This document shows, piece by piece, positions 39,177 to 48,369 of a stretch of DNA of 64,000 nt (positions within the stretch are counted from its first letter, which is position 1; the number at the start of each line of letters is the position of its first letter). Position numbers and translations under genes: made by a program. The notes under the pieces were generated by a model. The model did no database searches and was not told the DNA's origin. It saw only the letters and a list, made by a program, of their open reading frames with translations. Origin of the DNA: Candidatus Bathyarchaeota archaeon (GTDB lineage Archaea > Thermoproteota > Bathyarchaeia > Bathyarchaeales > Bathycorpusculaceae); NCBI GenBank assembly GCA_963733095.1, contig CAVTBV010000012.1, forward strand, positions 416,001 through 480,000. The letters run 5' to 3'.

Positions 39177-41525
39177 TTACTCCTTCACTTTACGGACCAT
39201 TCTTTGAAGTAAGGTTGGGTCCGGAATTATGGTTTCTTTCCAATTTTTCGCTTCCAATATCTTGGCAAACTCGTCTTTCATTGTCATGGGGACATCAGAC
39301 ATTGTTCTTACGAATAGGTGCAAATCGTTTGGCATAACTCCTAGGTAGCGTTTACTTAAGTCGACGTAATGACTTAGTTTTATGCTGCGTCCTTTCCACG
39401 TATCGTTGGGTCTGATGCAGAGTTTTGCGATTGCAACCATACATTCTTCCTTGGTCTCTATCGCGTTGAAGAGGTGTTCTGGTGCTGGTCCAACATTTAC
39501 TTTGTCGCCTGTGCGTGCATCGTAAACTTCCCAACCTTCGGGTTTGTCTTCTCTTCCCATGAGCATACGGCGATACTTTACACCATGTGGTCCAACGAGA
39601 ACTGGAACGCCTAGACTCCAAAAGCCTGATGCGATTGAAGCTGCTTTCTGTGAGTATGCGCCCCAAGCTAAGCCGACTGCGCCAAGACGATTGTGGATGT
39701 AATCTGCGATTTCTTCATAGTTGCCTCTGAGGTTACGTTTGGCAAAGATATTTGCTACTTTGATGGCTGCCCCTGCGATGTGTGCATTTGCAACGCATGA
39801 ACCGACGTTAAGGACTCCTCCTGCTTCGAATCCACCGGGGAATTCTTCGTACAATGTTTTGCCTTCGCTATTACGGTAGCTGCCTGCTGACATGGCTGAG
39901 CAGCCAGATGTTACCACTATGTATCTTCTGCTGGCGAATTCTCTGCATATATCGTAGACATCTTTGCCGCCGTGTGGATAGTTTGCGCAACCCACCACTG
40001 CAACTATACCTGGGATTTCTCCAAGGACGATTGGGCTACCGACATTGCGTATTTCGATGTCTTGAACTGCACCTCTGCCTGCTCGGCATAGGTTTGATTC
40101 TGCCTGCATGAATTTTTCGCCGGCTTTAACGATGTAGCTGTGTATTTGTAGTTTAATTGGGCAAGCTTCTTCGCATCGTCCGCATCCAATACATTCTTCG
40201 TATAGGTCAGTTAATGGTTCCATGTTGCCTTCTGCAGCTGCTTTGAGTGCATGTGGGATTCTGAGGTCTTGTGGGCAGCTTCTTTGGCAAAGGTTGCATT
40301 GTCTGCAGGTTTTGGCGAATTGTTTAATTTCTTCGACGCTTGGTAGGGCATGTTGTTTCTTGCGCAGTGGAGCCATCTTTACTGCTGTTTTTACTGCGAC
40401 TTCGCCGACTTTTTCTGGGTCAAGAATCAGTACACCAGCTACTTTACCGCTAACGAGGTCAGCGACGATTTCGTCTGCTGGGTCGTTTGTGCGGTTCTTG
40501 AAACCCATGCAGTTCTTTTCTGATGCTGCGATTACTGGAGCGCGAACTTTTTGTGCTTCGTCGTAGCAGTCTGTGCGAACGCATTGTTCATCTAAGACTA
40601 CCACATCTGCGTATCCGCCGCGTATGAATTTTAGTTGCCACGAGATTGGACCAACAATTTTTGCTCTATCGTAGTATCGTGTGTTGTCGAATGCTGTGCA
40701 GCATAAGCCTACGACTTCCATTTTGTCGTCAAGCTTGCTGTCTCTCATATAATCGATAATTCCAACTGAGGGGATAACGTTGTGGCCAATGCACATAATA
40801 ACCGGTTTTGTTGTGTCGACAGATCCGATACCCATTTTGATGAGTGGTGCTTCGGGGTCAGCTTTGGGGAAGCCTAAAGTTGAGATTTGAGCTATATCTG
40901 CGACTTCCATGCCCACTTGGTCGATTCTTCCTGCGTGGAGAGCTTTTGATTCAAAGTCTAAGTTGCTTCCTTCTTGACCTGTGTGTGCTGCTGAAAGTAA
41001 GTGTGTGATCTGGGTTTCGCAATAGGTCAAGACTTCATCCAAGTCGCCCAAGTTTTCAGGTTTTATTCCAGTAACTAGCCTGGTTACAGGTGCTTCAACT
41101 TTGACGTTTAAACCGCCTACGTCAAGGGCGAACCTGCGACCGTATTTTTCAATTAAGTGATCAACAACATGACGGGCATGACCTGTATGGGTTGCCGCTC
41201 CAATACTGCAAGCAATAAGTACAATACGTGATGACTGGGCAGCGATGTCTAAGCCACATGCGCCGCGTTTCCCAGCGGTCAAGTCACATTTTCCGTATGT
41301 GCAAAGACAACAAAGGTCGCAGTCGGGCATGTAGAAGGGGGGATACTTTTTGAGTAGCTTCATGTCCCAGTCGCGAAGAGCGCTGATGGAGGGCATTGGA
41401 GTTGGACCCATTGGTTCAGTCCAGTTATCGTTGACAACTTTGCCAATGGATAATTCAAGATTTTTAATAAGACCACTATTGGTCTTCATTTCGTCTATTT
41501 TTACATGGACGTTTTTACTTGTCAA
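39177..41525 (-). CDS. cdhA: ACDS alpha subunit (CO dehydrogenase)
   Basis: CDLCCLCTYGKC, GHN, GLCCT, DEQC, two CxxCxxCxxxCP motifs, SGC, GSCV, WGAYSQKA. Confidence 0.97.
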   Translation of the reverse strand: MTSKNVHVKIDEMKTNSGLIKNLELSIGKVVNDNWTEPMGPTPMPSISALRDWDMKLLKKYPPFYMPDCDLCCLCTYGKCDLTAGKRGACGLDIAAQSSRIVLIACSIGAATHTGHARHVVDHLIEKYGRRFALDVGGLNVKVEAPVTRLVTGIKPENLGDLDEVLTYCETQITHLLSAAHTGQEGSNLDFESKALHAGRIDQVGMEVADIAQISTLGFPKADPEAPLIKMGIGSVDTTKPVIMCIGHNVIPSVGIIDYMRDSKLDDKMEVVGLCCTAFDNTRYYDRAKIVGPISWQLKFIRGGYADVVVLDEQCVRTDCYDEAQKVRAPVIAASEKNCMGFKNRTNDPADEIVADLVSGKVAGVLILDPEKVGEVAVKTAVKMAPLRKKQHALPSVEEIKQFAKTCRQCNLCQRSCPQDLRIPHALKAAAEGNMEPLTDLYEECIGCGRCEEACPIKLQIHSYIVKAGEKFMQAESNLCRAGRGAVQDIEIRNVGSPIVLGEIPGIVAVVGCANYPHGGKDVYDICREFASRRYIVVTSGCSAMSAGSYRNSEGKTLYEEFPGGFEAGGVLNVGSCVANAHIAGAAIKVANIFAKRNLRGNYEEIADYIHNRLGAVGLAWGAYSQKAASIASGFWSLGVPVLVGPHGVKYRRMLMGREDKPEGWEVYDARTGDKVNVGPAPEHLFNAIETKEECMVAIAKLCIRPNDTWKGRSIKLSHYVDLSKRYLGVMPNDLHLFVRTMSDVPMTMKDEFAKILEAKNWKETIIPDPTLLQRMVRKVKE

Positions 41526-41660
41526 AGTGTAAACCTCTGTAAAGGTTTATGACTATGCTGCATTACAGACCTTTTAAACCTTTCCAGATTTCTTAGGCAA
41601 AAGTCACGGTGCAGTCATAGATATGCAAGATTTCCTAAAAATTGTGTAAAAGTCTGGGGA

Positions 41661-42440
41661 TTATAAGTAACTCAAGGATTGGAGGATCTTCTTCACTGAA
41701 AGATAGGCGTTGTTGTCCTTTGGAAGCTCCAAAAGGTTCTTTCCATCCAAAACAAACTCGTCTAACTGGTCGTCGGCGCTGATTTTGCCCAAATATTTGA
41801 ATTTTAAGTCATCTTCAGCCTGCTTTCCCAGTTCGGCTGGAAATCGGTAGCCACCCACAATGTAAAAGTTTTCGAATTGCATGTCAACTTCTTTAGCAAT
41901 TTTGTAAGCACGTCTGACATGGTCTTTGGATTTCTTGGAATGGTCCAATATGTCAAATACGTCATTAACATTGGAAGTTATCCGTCTGTTGAGGTTTTCC
42001 AGCCCCGCTGGGGAATCTATGAGCACATACTTGTAGGTTTTTGTCAGGGATTCTAAGGCGCCTTTTAATGCAGAGTTTGGCATACAGTAACATCCTTCAA
42101 CCCATTTTGTGCCCACAGCCATAAAATCGAAACTATTGCTTTCGTAGAGCCCGTTTTCCCAGATACGGCTTTCAATGCGTTGTGTTGGGGGAACGCCGAC
42201 TGTGGTACCGCCGCCTTTGATAAAGGTGCTCACTATCAGGTCGGCTATGGTCGATTTGCCAGCTTCTTTAAGGTCTACTCCAAGCATCTCCGCCAAGTTC
42301 TGGTCTGGATCAGCATCAACCAACAGAATTGGAGACTGATTAGACTCAATGAAGGCTTTTGCCATAAGAGCAGTGAAACTGGATTTCCCTGTTCCACCGC
42401 GACCAATCGTAACCAAAGTTTTCATGTAGACAAGCCTCAA
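41661..42440 (-). CDS. cooC: CooC/AcsF-like nickel-insertion ATPase
   Basis: GRGGTGKS, DADP..NL, EGCYC, DSPAG.E...R; upstream of cdhA. Confidence 0.88.
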   Translation of the reverse strand: MRLVYMKTLVTIGRGGTGKSSFTALMAKAFIESNQSPILLVDADPDQNLAEMLGVDLKEAGKSTIADLIVSTFIKGGGTTVGVPPTQRIESRIWENGLYESNSFDFMAVGTKWVEGCYCMPNSALKGALESLTKTYKYVLIDSPAGLENLNRRITSNVNDVFDILDHSKKSKDHVRRAYKIAKEVDMQFENFYIVGGYRFPAELGKQAEDDLKFKYLGKISADDQLDEFVLDGKNLLELPKDNNAYLSVKKILQSLSYL

Positions 42441-42589
42441 ATTTATATTGTTTTCTTAAGCAAATCCTCGCATATATTGTCTACGGTTTCAAACATAGTC
42501 ATTTGCTTGTTTTTGCTGCAGTTTCAGCCGGAGTTTTGGTTAAAACCAGAGTAAGCAGGGACAACCCGTCTCCAATAGTTTTCTCATCT

Positions 42590-42830
42590 TCGTTACCATA
42601 TAACGTTTTAAATGTTGATTCGATTTGCGTCTTCGGATAAGCCACAATTATAGTCTCATCCGCTTTATCCTTTTGTAAAATAACAATCTATGAATATTCA
42701 TAATTCTTAACCTAATGTAATCACTTGGTTTTCATCAACAGTCATTTTTCCAAACGCGACCTGCCAGCGTATTCTGCTGTCAATTGTTCCATGAAAAATC
42801 AGGAATTTAAGGTACAGATCAGAAATTCGA
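42590..42830 (-). pseudogene. Possible thioredoxin remnant (approximate limits)
   Basis: Fragments MEQLTAEYAGR / AFGKMTVDENQ / IVILQKDKADETIIVAYPKTQIES in shifting frames; no intact WCxxC. Confidence 0.5.
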
Positions 42831-42849
42831 TTTCTTGCAATTCTACTTT

Positions 42850-43233
42850 TTATTCTTCGTTCAAATGACGGCTAAAATCATACTCGAACCTTTCCACTAG
42901 TTCTGCGAGGCTCTTAGTTATCTCTTTTACTCTTTGCCTCACCTGTTCCTTGATCTGCGAAGGATCCGCAATGCTGTAAACGTGATAGTATCCCCCGCCC
43001 TTTAACGTTCGAGATTGTTTGTGTACTAGTCCTGCGCTTACAAGCTTTGCGAGGCATCGGTGGGTTGAACTTCGGTCCCTTTCCACTGCTTCGGCGATCT
43101 GGTCCAGGGTAGCATGTTCTCTTTTGGCAACTTCGTAGAATACGGCGAGGTCTACTGATTTCAAGTTATAGAGACAGCCGAGTAAGTCTGTGCAGGTGGC
43201 GCCTTTTCTTGTCAGGAGGTGGATGCTATCCAT
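42850..43233 (-). CDS. HTH transcriptional regulator (TrmB/COG3355-like)
   Basis: CTDLLGCLYNL, TLDQIAEAVERDRSSTHRCLAKL, GGYYHVY. Confidence 0.85.
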   Translation of the reverse strand: MDSIHLLTRKGATCTDLLGCLYNLKSVDLAVFYEVAKREHATLDQIAEAVERDRSSTHRCLAKLVSAGLVHKQSRTLKGGGYYHVYSIADPSQIKEQVRQRVKEITKSLAELVERFEYDFSRHLNEE

Positions 43234-43373
43234 GATGGATCTACTGGTTTAGTTGGTTTTCTGAGATATAAGTATTGCACGGTGTTGAGTATTGCATGAT
43301 TTTGACAAAACACCACAAAACATATAACATGTAAGGACACATATAAATCCATAAGCAAAAGGATGTGTAATGT

Positions 43374-43838
43374 ATGTCTTGGCTAAAAGCAATGAGAGAA
43401 AAAGAGCCATCTGAACCCACAAATCCCCTCGGAACCATTATCATAGGCAACCTCCGCCCTGACATGATGGACACGCCCAAGGAAATGGTCAGAAAATCGC
43501 TCAAACTCGCGCAGTTTAAAACAATAGACCTCGGAAGAGATGTCCCTCCAGCAAACTTTTCCGCGAAAGCTAAAGAAGCAAACGCTGACATCATTGCAGT
43601 CTCAGTAAACCTTACCCCTGCCAAAGAAAACTTGGCCACGTTAATGTCCGCAATTGAAGCAGAGGGATTGAAAGGCAGAATCACAGTTATGATCGGCGGC
43701 GCAGCAGTAAAGAAGGAGGATGCCGATAAAATCGGGGTGATGTTTGGTAAGACGAGAGAAGAAGCAGTGGGGCTTGCCAAAAGAATTATGGCAGAAAAAC
43801 AAGCTGGAAAAACAGTCGTAAATGCAATTCAGACCTAA
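43374..43838 (+). CDS. Stand-alone B12-binding-domain protein lacking the axial His
   Basis: DLGRDVP, ADIIAVS and VMIGGAAV match the corrinoid Rossmann domain; DxHxxG is replaced by DMMDTP. Confidence 0.8.
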   Translation: MSWLKAMREKEPSEPTNPLGTIIIGNLRPDMMDTPKEMVRKSLKLAQFKTIDLGRDVPPANFSAKAKEANADIIAVSVNLTPAKENLATLMSAIEAEGLKGRITVMIGGAAVKKEDADKIGVMFGKTREEAVGLAKRIMAEKQAGKTVVNAIQT

Positions 43839-43925
43839 ATTCAAATTAAAAACGACATTTAAACACCGCCCCATTTTGGGGGTTTAGCCATATTTTTTTG
43901 AAGCCTGCAGAAAGCGAGGCAAAAA

Positions 43926-44552
43926 ATGGTGAAAATAAACAGTGTTCAACCAGTTAACACTCAGGTTCCATACTACAAGCAGCATTATGATCTCACTTGT
44001 GGTCCCGCTTCATTGATGATGGCGATGAAATATTTTGATAAACACCTACCTCTTACAAAGTGTTTAGAAATTGACATATGGAGGGAGGGAAACATGGTAG
44101 AAGTGTACGGGACAAGTAGGTTCGGTTTGGCTTATTCGGCTGCTATTCGCGGCTTCCATGTAAGAGTTACGAGTCGCACTGGTAGAATCGATTTTGTTGA
44201 CAGGCTTATTCCGCCTCTTAAAGACCTCAATACATACATGCTTAAACTTCATTTTTACGAGAGGCGAGAGCGATGCAGAAAACTTGTTGAAGAAAGAAAG
44301 GAGCCAATATCAAGTCGAACCATCTACAACACTCTTCTCTCAAACTATGTCCCACTTATAATTACAAGCATATTATTCTGCAAAGGAGAGAACCTGCCTC
44401 ATTGGATTGTCGTAAATGCCATGGACAACAACTTCCTTTACTTTAACAACCCTCTGTATGTAAATCCACAAAAGAAAAAGTTCAAGCTGTCAACTTTTGA
44501 GAAGGTTATCGGTTACCGCGGTGACCAATACATGGTTGAAATTTGGAAGTAA
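43926..44552 (+). CDS. Peptidase C39-like protein (DUF3335-like)
   Basis: YYKQ...TCGPASLMMAM, IWRE, PHWIVV, NNP. Confidence 0.8.
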   Translation: MVKINSVQPVNTQVPYYKQHYDLTCGPASLMMAMKYFDKHLPLTKCLEIDIWREGNMVEVYGTSRFGLAYSAAIRGFHVRVTSRTGRIDFVDRLIPPLKDLNTYMLKLHFYERRERCRKLVEERKEPISSRTIYNTLLSNYVPLIITSILFCKGENLPHWIVVNAMDNNFLYFNNPLYVNPQKKKFKLSTFEKVIGYRGDQYMVEIWK

Positions 44553-44565
44553 ATCTAAATGAGCA

Positions 44566-45354
44566 TTATTGCGTTTTCTTAATTAAAAGCTCACAGATGC
44601 TATCTATAGATTTGACTGCGTTGATTTCCTTGTTTTTGAGTGGGGTTTCACCCAGCATGTCAGCATCAATTACTTTTTGGTCCCAAGGCACAAAAGCAAG
44701 TATTGCTATCCCATTTCTATCTGCAAAGTCTTGAATAGCTTGTTTTTGGGTGTCATTCATGACACGATTGCCAACCAGAAATAGCTGTTTCATTCCTGCG
44801 GCTGATGCCATGTCATGGATGTGTTTGGCGATTTCCAACGATTTAAGATTCGAGTCAGCAACAATTAAAAGTGCATCCACTTGTCTTGCGGTGCCTCGGC
44901 CGATATGCTCTACACCTGCTTCAAGGTCTAAAACAACGGCTTCATTCCGCTCAACAACTAGGTGCCTTAGTAACGCACGGATGACTGCATTTGGGGCGCA
45001 CATGCAACCTGCCTCCATAGCCTGCACCGTACCCATAACAATCAAGTTTGGGCCTAAAGGAGTAGCCATAGAGTAATCTTTAACGATATCATCCACGGTA
45101 AAATTCAAGTTGTAAACCCCTCCATAACCAGTACTCGTTTTAGAGTCTACCAATGGCTTATTCTCAGTGATGGGCACTATTTTGCGGGTTTCCTCAGCCG
45201 ACAAGCCCAAAGTCAAGCCCAAATTTGGAGAAGAATCAGCGTCAATCGCTATAGTTTTTAAGCCTCGCTCAACAAAACCGCTCGCTAGGCCTCCAGCAAT
45301 CAAGGTCTTGCCGACGCCGCCTTTACCAGAAACAGCAACCTTCATACAAATCAC
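44566..45354 (-). CDS. cooC: Second CooC-like nickel-insertion ATPase
   Basis: SGKGGVGKT, DAD, GCMCAPN, DLEAGVEHIGRG. Confidence 0.9.
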   Translation of the reverse strand: MICMKVAVSGKGGVGKTLIAGGLASGFVERGLKTIAIDADSSPNLGLTLGLSAEETRKIVPITENKPLVDSKTSTGYGGVYNLNFTVDDIVKDYSMATPLGPNLIVMGTVQAMEAGCMCAPNAVIRALLRHLVVERNEAVVLDLEAGVEHIGRGTARQVDALLIVADSNLKSLEIAKHIHDMASAAGMKQLFLVGNRVMNDTQKQAIQDFADRNGIAILAFVPWDQKVIDADMLGETPLKNKEINAVKSIDSICELLIKKTQ

Positions 45355-45558
45355 AAACTAAAAATAATTTATTTCTCTGACTAATTTATGTTTTCTCTTA
45401 AACTAATAACAAAATATCTGTTCGGGAGATATCCTCTAATTAGAGTATCTATCTCCCGCCAATTCTTTGAGTAACATGATTCATAACCAATGTAATAATG
45501 CACGACGCACTTTACCGAACCATTAGACAATAAATATACATTGGATAGGAAAGAGCGC

Positions 45559-46623
45559 TTATTTCTCACGCAATACTTTAGGTATGTAGGCGCATCTTGG
45601 GTCTGAACCCAAAATATCTCCCGTATAGAATAGTGCTGCTGATCGACATCCCCCACAGAGGTCTTTGTATTCGCAAACGCCGCATTTGCCCTTGATGTTG
45701 GTTTTGTCTTTGACTTGGTTGAAGAACTCGCTGCTTTGCATGTCTGCCCAAATCTGCTTGATGGGTTTGTTTTTGATGTTTCCTACTCGGTAGACGTCAT
45801 TGTAGCTGCAGGGGATAGCATCGCCGTTTTCTGCGATGCTCATGAACTTGCCAAAGAAACACCTGCCCAAGAAGAAACCATTGTACCATTTGTCAAAGTC
45901 TGGCATGCCGCGTTCTTTGGCGACTCGAGCGTAGAAGGGGATGTAGACGTTGACTGCGGGCTTGCCGTCGTATTCTTCTGCAAGGCAGTAGAGTTTGTTG
46001 CATGCCCACTCGTACTGGGCGGGGGTGAGGTCGGCTTTAAGGCAGGCCGGGTCACTACTATAAGGAATCATGCCATGGAAAACCACCCAGCGGGCACCAT
46101 ACTTTCTCGCCAAATCCAGCACGTGCCTCATGTCCTTCTCGTTTGCATTGGTGGTTTCGCCAGCGTTCGCAAAAGTGTAAACAAGCACGTTCAACAATTT
46201 CTCTTCGGAAAGCCGCTTTATGAGCGAAACTGACGCAGAATAAGCACCCTTTCCACGGATAGCATCGTCAGTTACCTCTGCACCATCGATGCTGACAGAT
46301 ATTCTAGTTTGGTTTTTAACAATTTTTTGGAAGGCCTGTTCATCTAACATGCGCCCATCGGTGATTATGCTTGTGTTCAACCCCTTTTCCGTAGCGTAAT
46401 CGAGCACTTCAAAGAGGTCTTTACGCAAAAAAGGCTGCCCACCCGTAATCCCAAAGAAAGTTGCTCCGAAATCCTCCACTTGATCAACGATTTTTTTGGC
46501 ATCTTCAGTATTTACTTCTTCTGCAGCACCTTTCTTGCCCGCTGATGTGCAGTGGACGCAGTCGCTATCGCATTCAAAAGTGCATCTCCAAGGAACAATA
46601 AACACTGGACCTTTACCTTTCAA
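45559..46623 (-). CDS. Radical SAM/SPASM domain protein
   Basis: CDSDCVHC, TGGQP; SPASM CFFG..G...PC...CGVC...CGGCR...DPRC. Confidence 0.9.
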   Translation of the reverse strand: MKGKGPVFIVPWRCTFECDSDCVHCTSAGKKGAAEEVNTEDAKKIVDQVEDFGATFFGITGGQPFLRKDLFEVLDYATEKGLNTSIITDGRMLDEQAFQKIVKNQTRISVSIDGAEVTDDAIRGKGAYSASVSLIKRLSEEKLLNVLVYTFANAGETTNANEKDMRHVLDLARKYGARWVVFHGMIPYSSDPACLKADLTPAQYEWACNKLYCLAEEYDGKPAVNVYIPFYARVAKERGMPDFDKWYNGFFLGRCFFGKFMSIAENGDAIPCSYNDVYRVGNIKNKPIKQIWADMQSSEFFNQVKDKTNIKGKCGVCEYKDLCGGCRSAALFYTGDILGSDPRCAYIPKVLREK

Positions 46624-46715
46624 ACCTCAACCTTCCGTAGCTCTCAACGAGGTATCCAAACTAAATATTCTATTTAACACTTCACATTTCGCCACCAAAT
46701 TTTTTCATCCTACCG

Positions 46716-47681
46716 TTACAACCGATAGAGGTTCCCAACACTGTTCCACACAAAGGCCTCAGGTAGGGCTTGGGATATGGCAAGCATTGCACGCCAGCCT
46801 GTACAATGAGAAGGCACAATCAAGCGAGGACTCAGCTTAACTAGTTCGGTTAGGGTTGGCGCGATTTTATCCTCAAAACTTTTTCCTGCCAAATGGAACC
46901 CGCCCATAACCGCATAAACCGCCTCTACACCGGTGATTTGCTTTGCGTAGTTTAGGGTGTTGATTATGCCTGCATGGGCACATCCTGAAAGCACTACCAA
47001 TCCCTTGCCCTTAACGTTCAATACGATGGCGCGGTCGTCCCGAATCAGCGGGTCAGGCTGCCAAACTCCGTTGACTAAGGTTTTGTGTTGAGTTAAGCCT
47101 CTCTCGAAGGGGGTCTTTCGGGGTATCTCGCCTGTTACACAAACTTGTTCATTGGCAGCTAGAAAAGCCTGCTTAGTAAGAATTACTTGAGTTGACTTTA
47201 ATTGCGTTTGAACGGGGAAGTCTGGGTACTTTCGAATTGTTCCACCTCGCGAAGCAGTTCCACGAGCCTTAAACATGTCTTCATGAAGTATCAAGGGCAA
47301 TTCCATTTTTCCAATCGCTTGAACAACTGACAATAGCCCGCCGAAGTGGTCGTAGTGTCCATGGGATAAAACAACAAATTCAACTTCACTAAGGTCTAAC
47401 CCCATTATCTTTGAATTATCGATAATTACTCGGGGACTGCCGCCCGTATCAAAAAGTAGACTTTCTGATTTTCCCTTGTTAAAGACCCTGACTAGCATTG
47501 AGAAACCATGCTCGGCAATCGGCAACTCAGAATGCCCAGTTCGCGCTTTGATCCATTGCCAATACGATTGAACTTCCCTTCGACTCACCGTTGACAGGAA
47601 ATCGATTGAGTTATCAACCAGACTAATTACTTCTACTTTGTCAACCTCTCGAAGCTCAAGAGCAACATCAGGTGGTTCCAT
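46716..47681 (-). CDS. MBL-fold metallo-hydrolase (COG1237-like)
   Basis: AEHGFS, FDTG, SHGHYDH, GCAHAG, GGFHL, HCTG. Confidence 0.9.
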   Translation of the reverse strand: MEPPDVALELREVDKVEVISLVDNSIDFLSTVSRREVQSYWQWIKARTGHSELPIAEHGFSMLVRVFNKGKSESLLFDTGGSPRVIIDNSKIMGLDLSEVEFVVLSHGHYDHFGGLLSVVQAIGKMELPLILHEDMFKARGTASRGGTIRKYPDFPVQTQLKSTQVILTKQAFLAANEQVCVTGEIPRKTPFERGLTQHKTLVNGVWQPDPLIRDDRAIVLNVKGKGLVVLSGCAHAGIINTLNYAKQITGVEAVYAVMGGFHLAGKSFEDKIAPTLTELVKLSPRLIVPSHCTGWRAMLAISQALPEAFVWNSVGNLYRL

Positions 47682-47698
47682 TTTATATTCCCAACTTA

Positions 47699-48268
47699 TT
47701 AGAGAGTACCTTTATAATTTTTCTTAGTTGGACAACCAACACATTTTTGGGTTTCAAACCGATTACAGGGATCGCACTCTACTTTGCAAGGTGTTACCTT
47801 TCTCTCTTCTTGGGCAAGATTCTCTCTTATTTGAAGAAATGGTGAAAAATAGGTTTCACTTATGGGGTAGAATTCTGAGCGACGAATTCCTTTGCTACAC
47901 CTTAAAGAACATTTTTCCATAGATATACTCTCAAGGGTTTCTTTTGTTTCGGCAACAACAAGCGCGATTAAGTTGTAGCCACCCATAGTCTTGAATATCT
48001 GAATCACTCGGGGGCATTCCTCGAATCGATCCAAAACAGCCTGCATCGCCTCTGCACTTTCCATTTCTAGCATCACTATTGCTGGGTGAAGTTTGAGAAC
48101 GTTTGGATTAATTAGAGCAGATATTTTTATTGTTCCGTTTTTTATGAGTCTTTCGACTCTTTTCTTGGTTCCCATGCTTGTGAATCCTGTGATCTTTGAC
48201 AATTCTTCAAGGGTTGTTCTTCCGTCTGCTTGAAGTTGAGTGATTATTTTTTTGTCAACTGTGTCCAA
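47699..48268 (-). CDS. Lrp/AsnC regulator with Cys-rich C-terminal extension
   Basis: Lrp HTH (DKKIITQLQADGR..LEELSK), RAM domain (GGYNL), CSLRC and PCKVECDPC...KCVGCP tail. Confidence 0.88.
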   Translation of the reverse strand: MDTVDKKIITQLQADGRTTLEELSKITGFTSMGTKKRVERLIKNGTIKISALINPNVLKLHPAIVMLEMESAEAMQAVLDRFEECPRVIQIFKTMGGYNLIALVVAETKETLESISMEKCSLRCSKGIRRSEFYPISETYFSPFLQIRENLAQEERKVTPCKVECDPCNRFETQKCVGCPTKKNYKGTL

Positions 48269-48279
48269 ATTAGACGCCT

Positions 48280-48325
48280 GTTTATTTTATAAACATAAAC
48301 TATTAATATTGTTTAGCTATTAAAC
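48280..48325 (+). promoter_or_regulatory. Paired GTTTA-N5-TAAAC operators flanking a TATA box (lrp/metK intergenic)
   Basis: GTTTATTTTATAAAC-ataaacTATTAATAtt-GTTTAGCTATTAAAC. Confidence 0.75.
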
Positions 48326-48369
48326 GTTTTCTAAAAGCCTCAAATAAGCGTTAACCAAACGTGATGAAA

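Noticed and set aside
43926-46623. C39-like peptidase plus SPASM radical SAM as a RiPP cluster
   Set aside because: The genes are on opposite strands and separated by cooC. No precursor peptide or transporter is visible, and the peptidase looks like the DUF3335 type.
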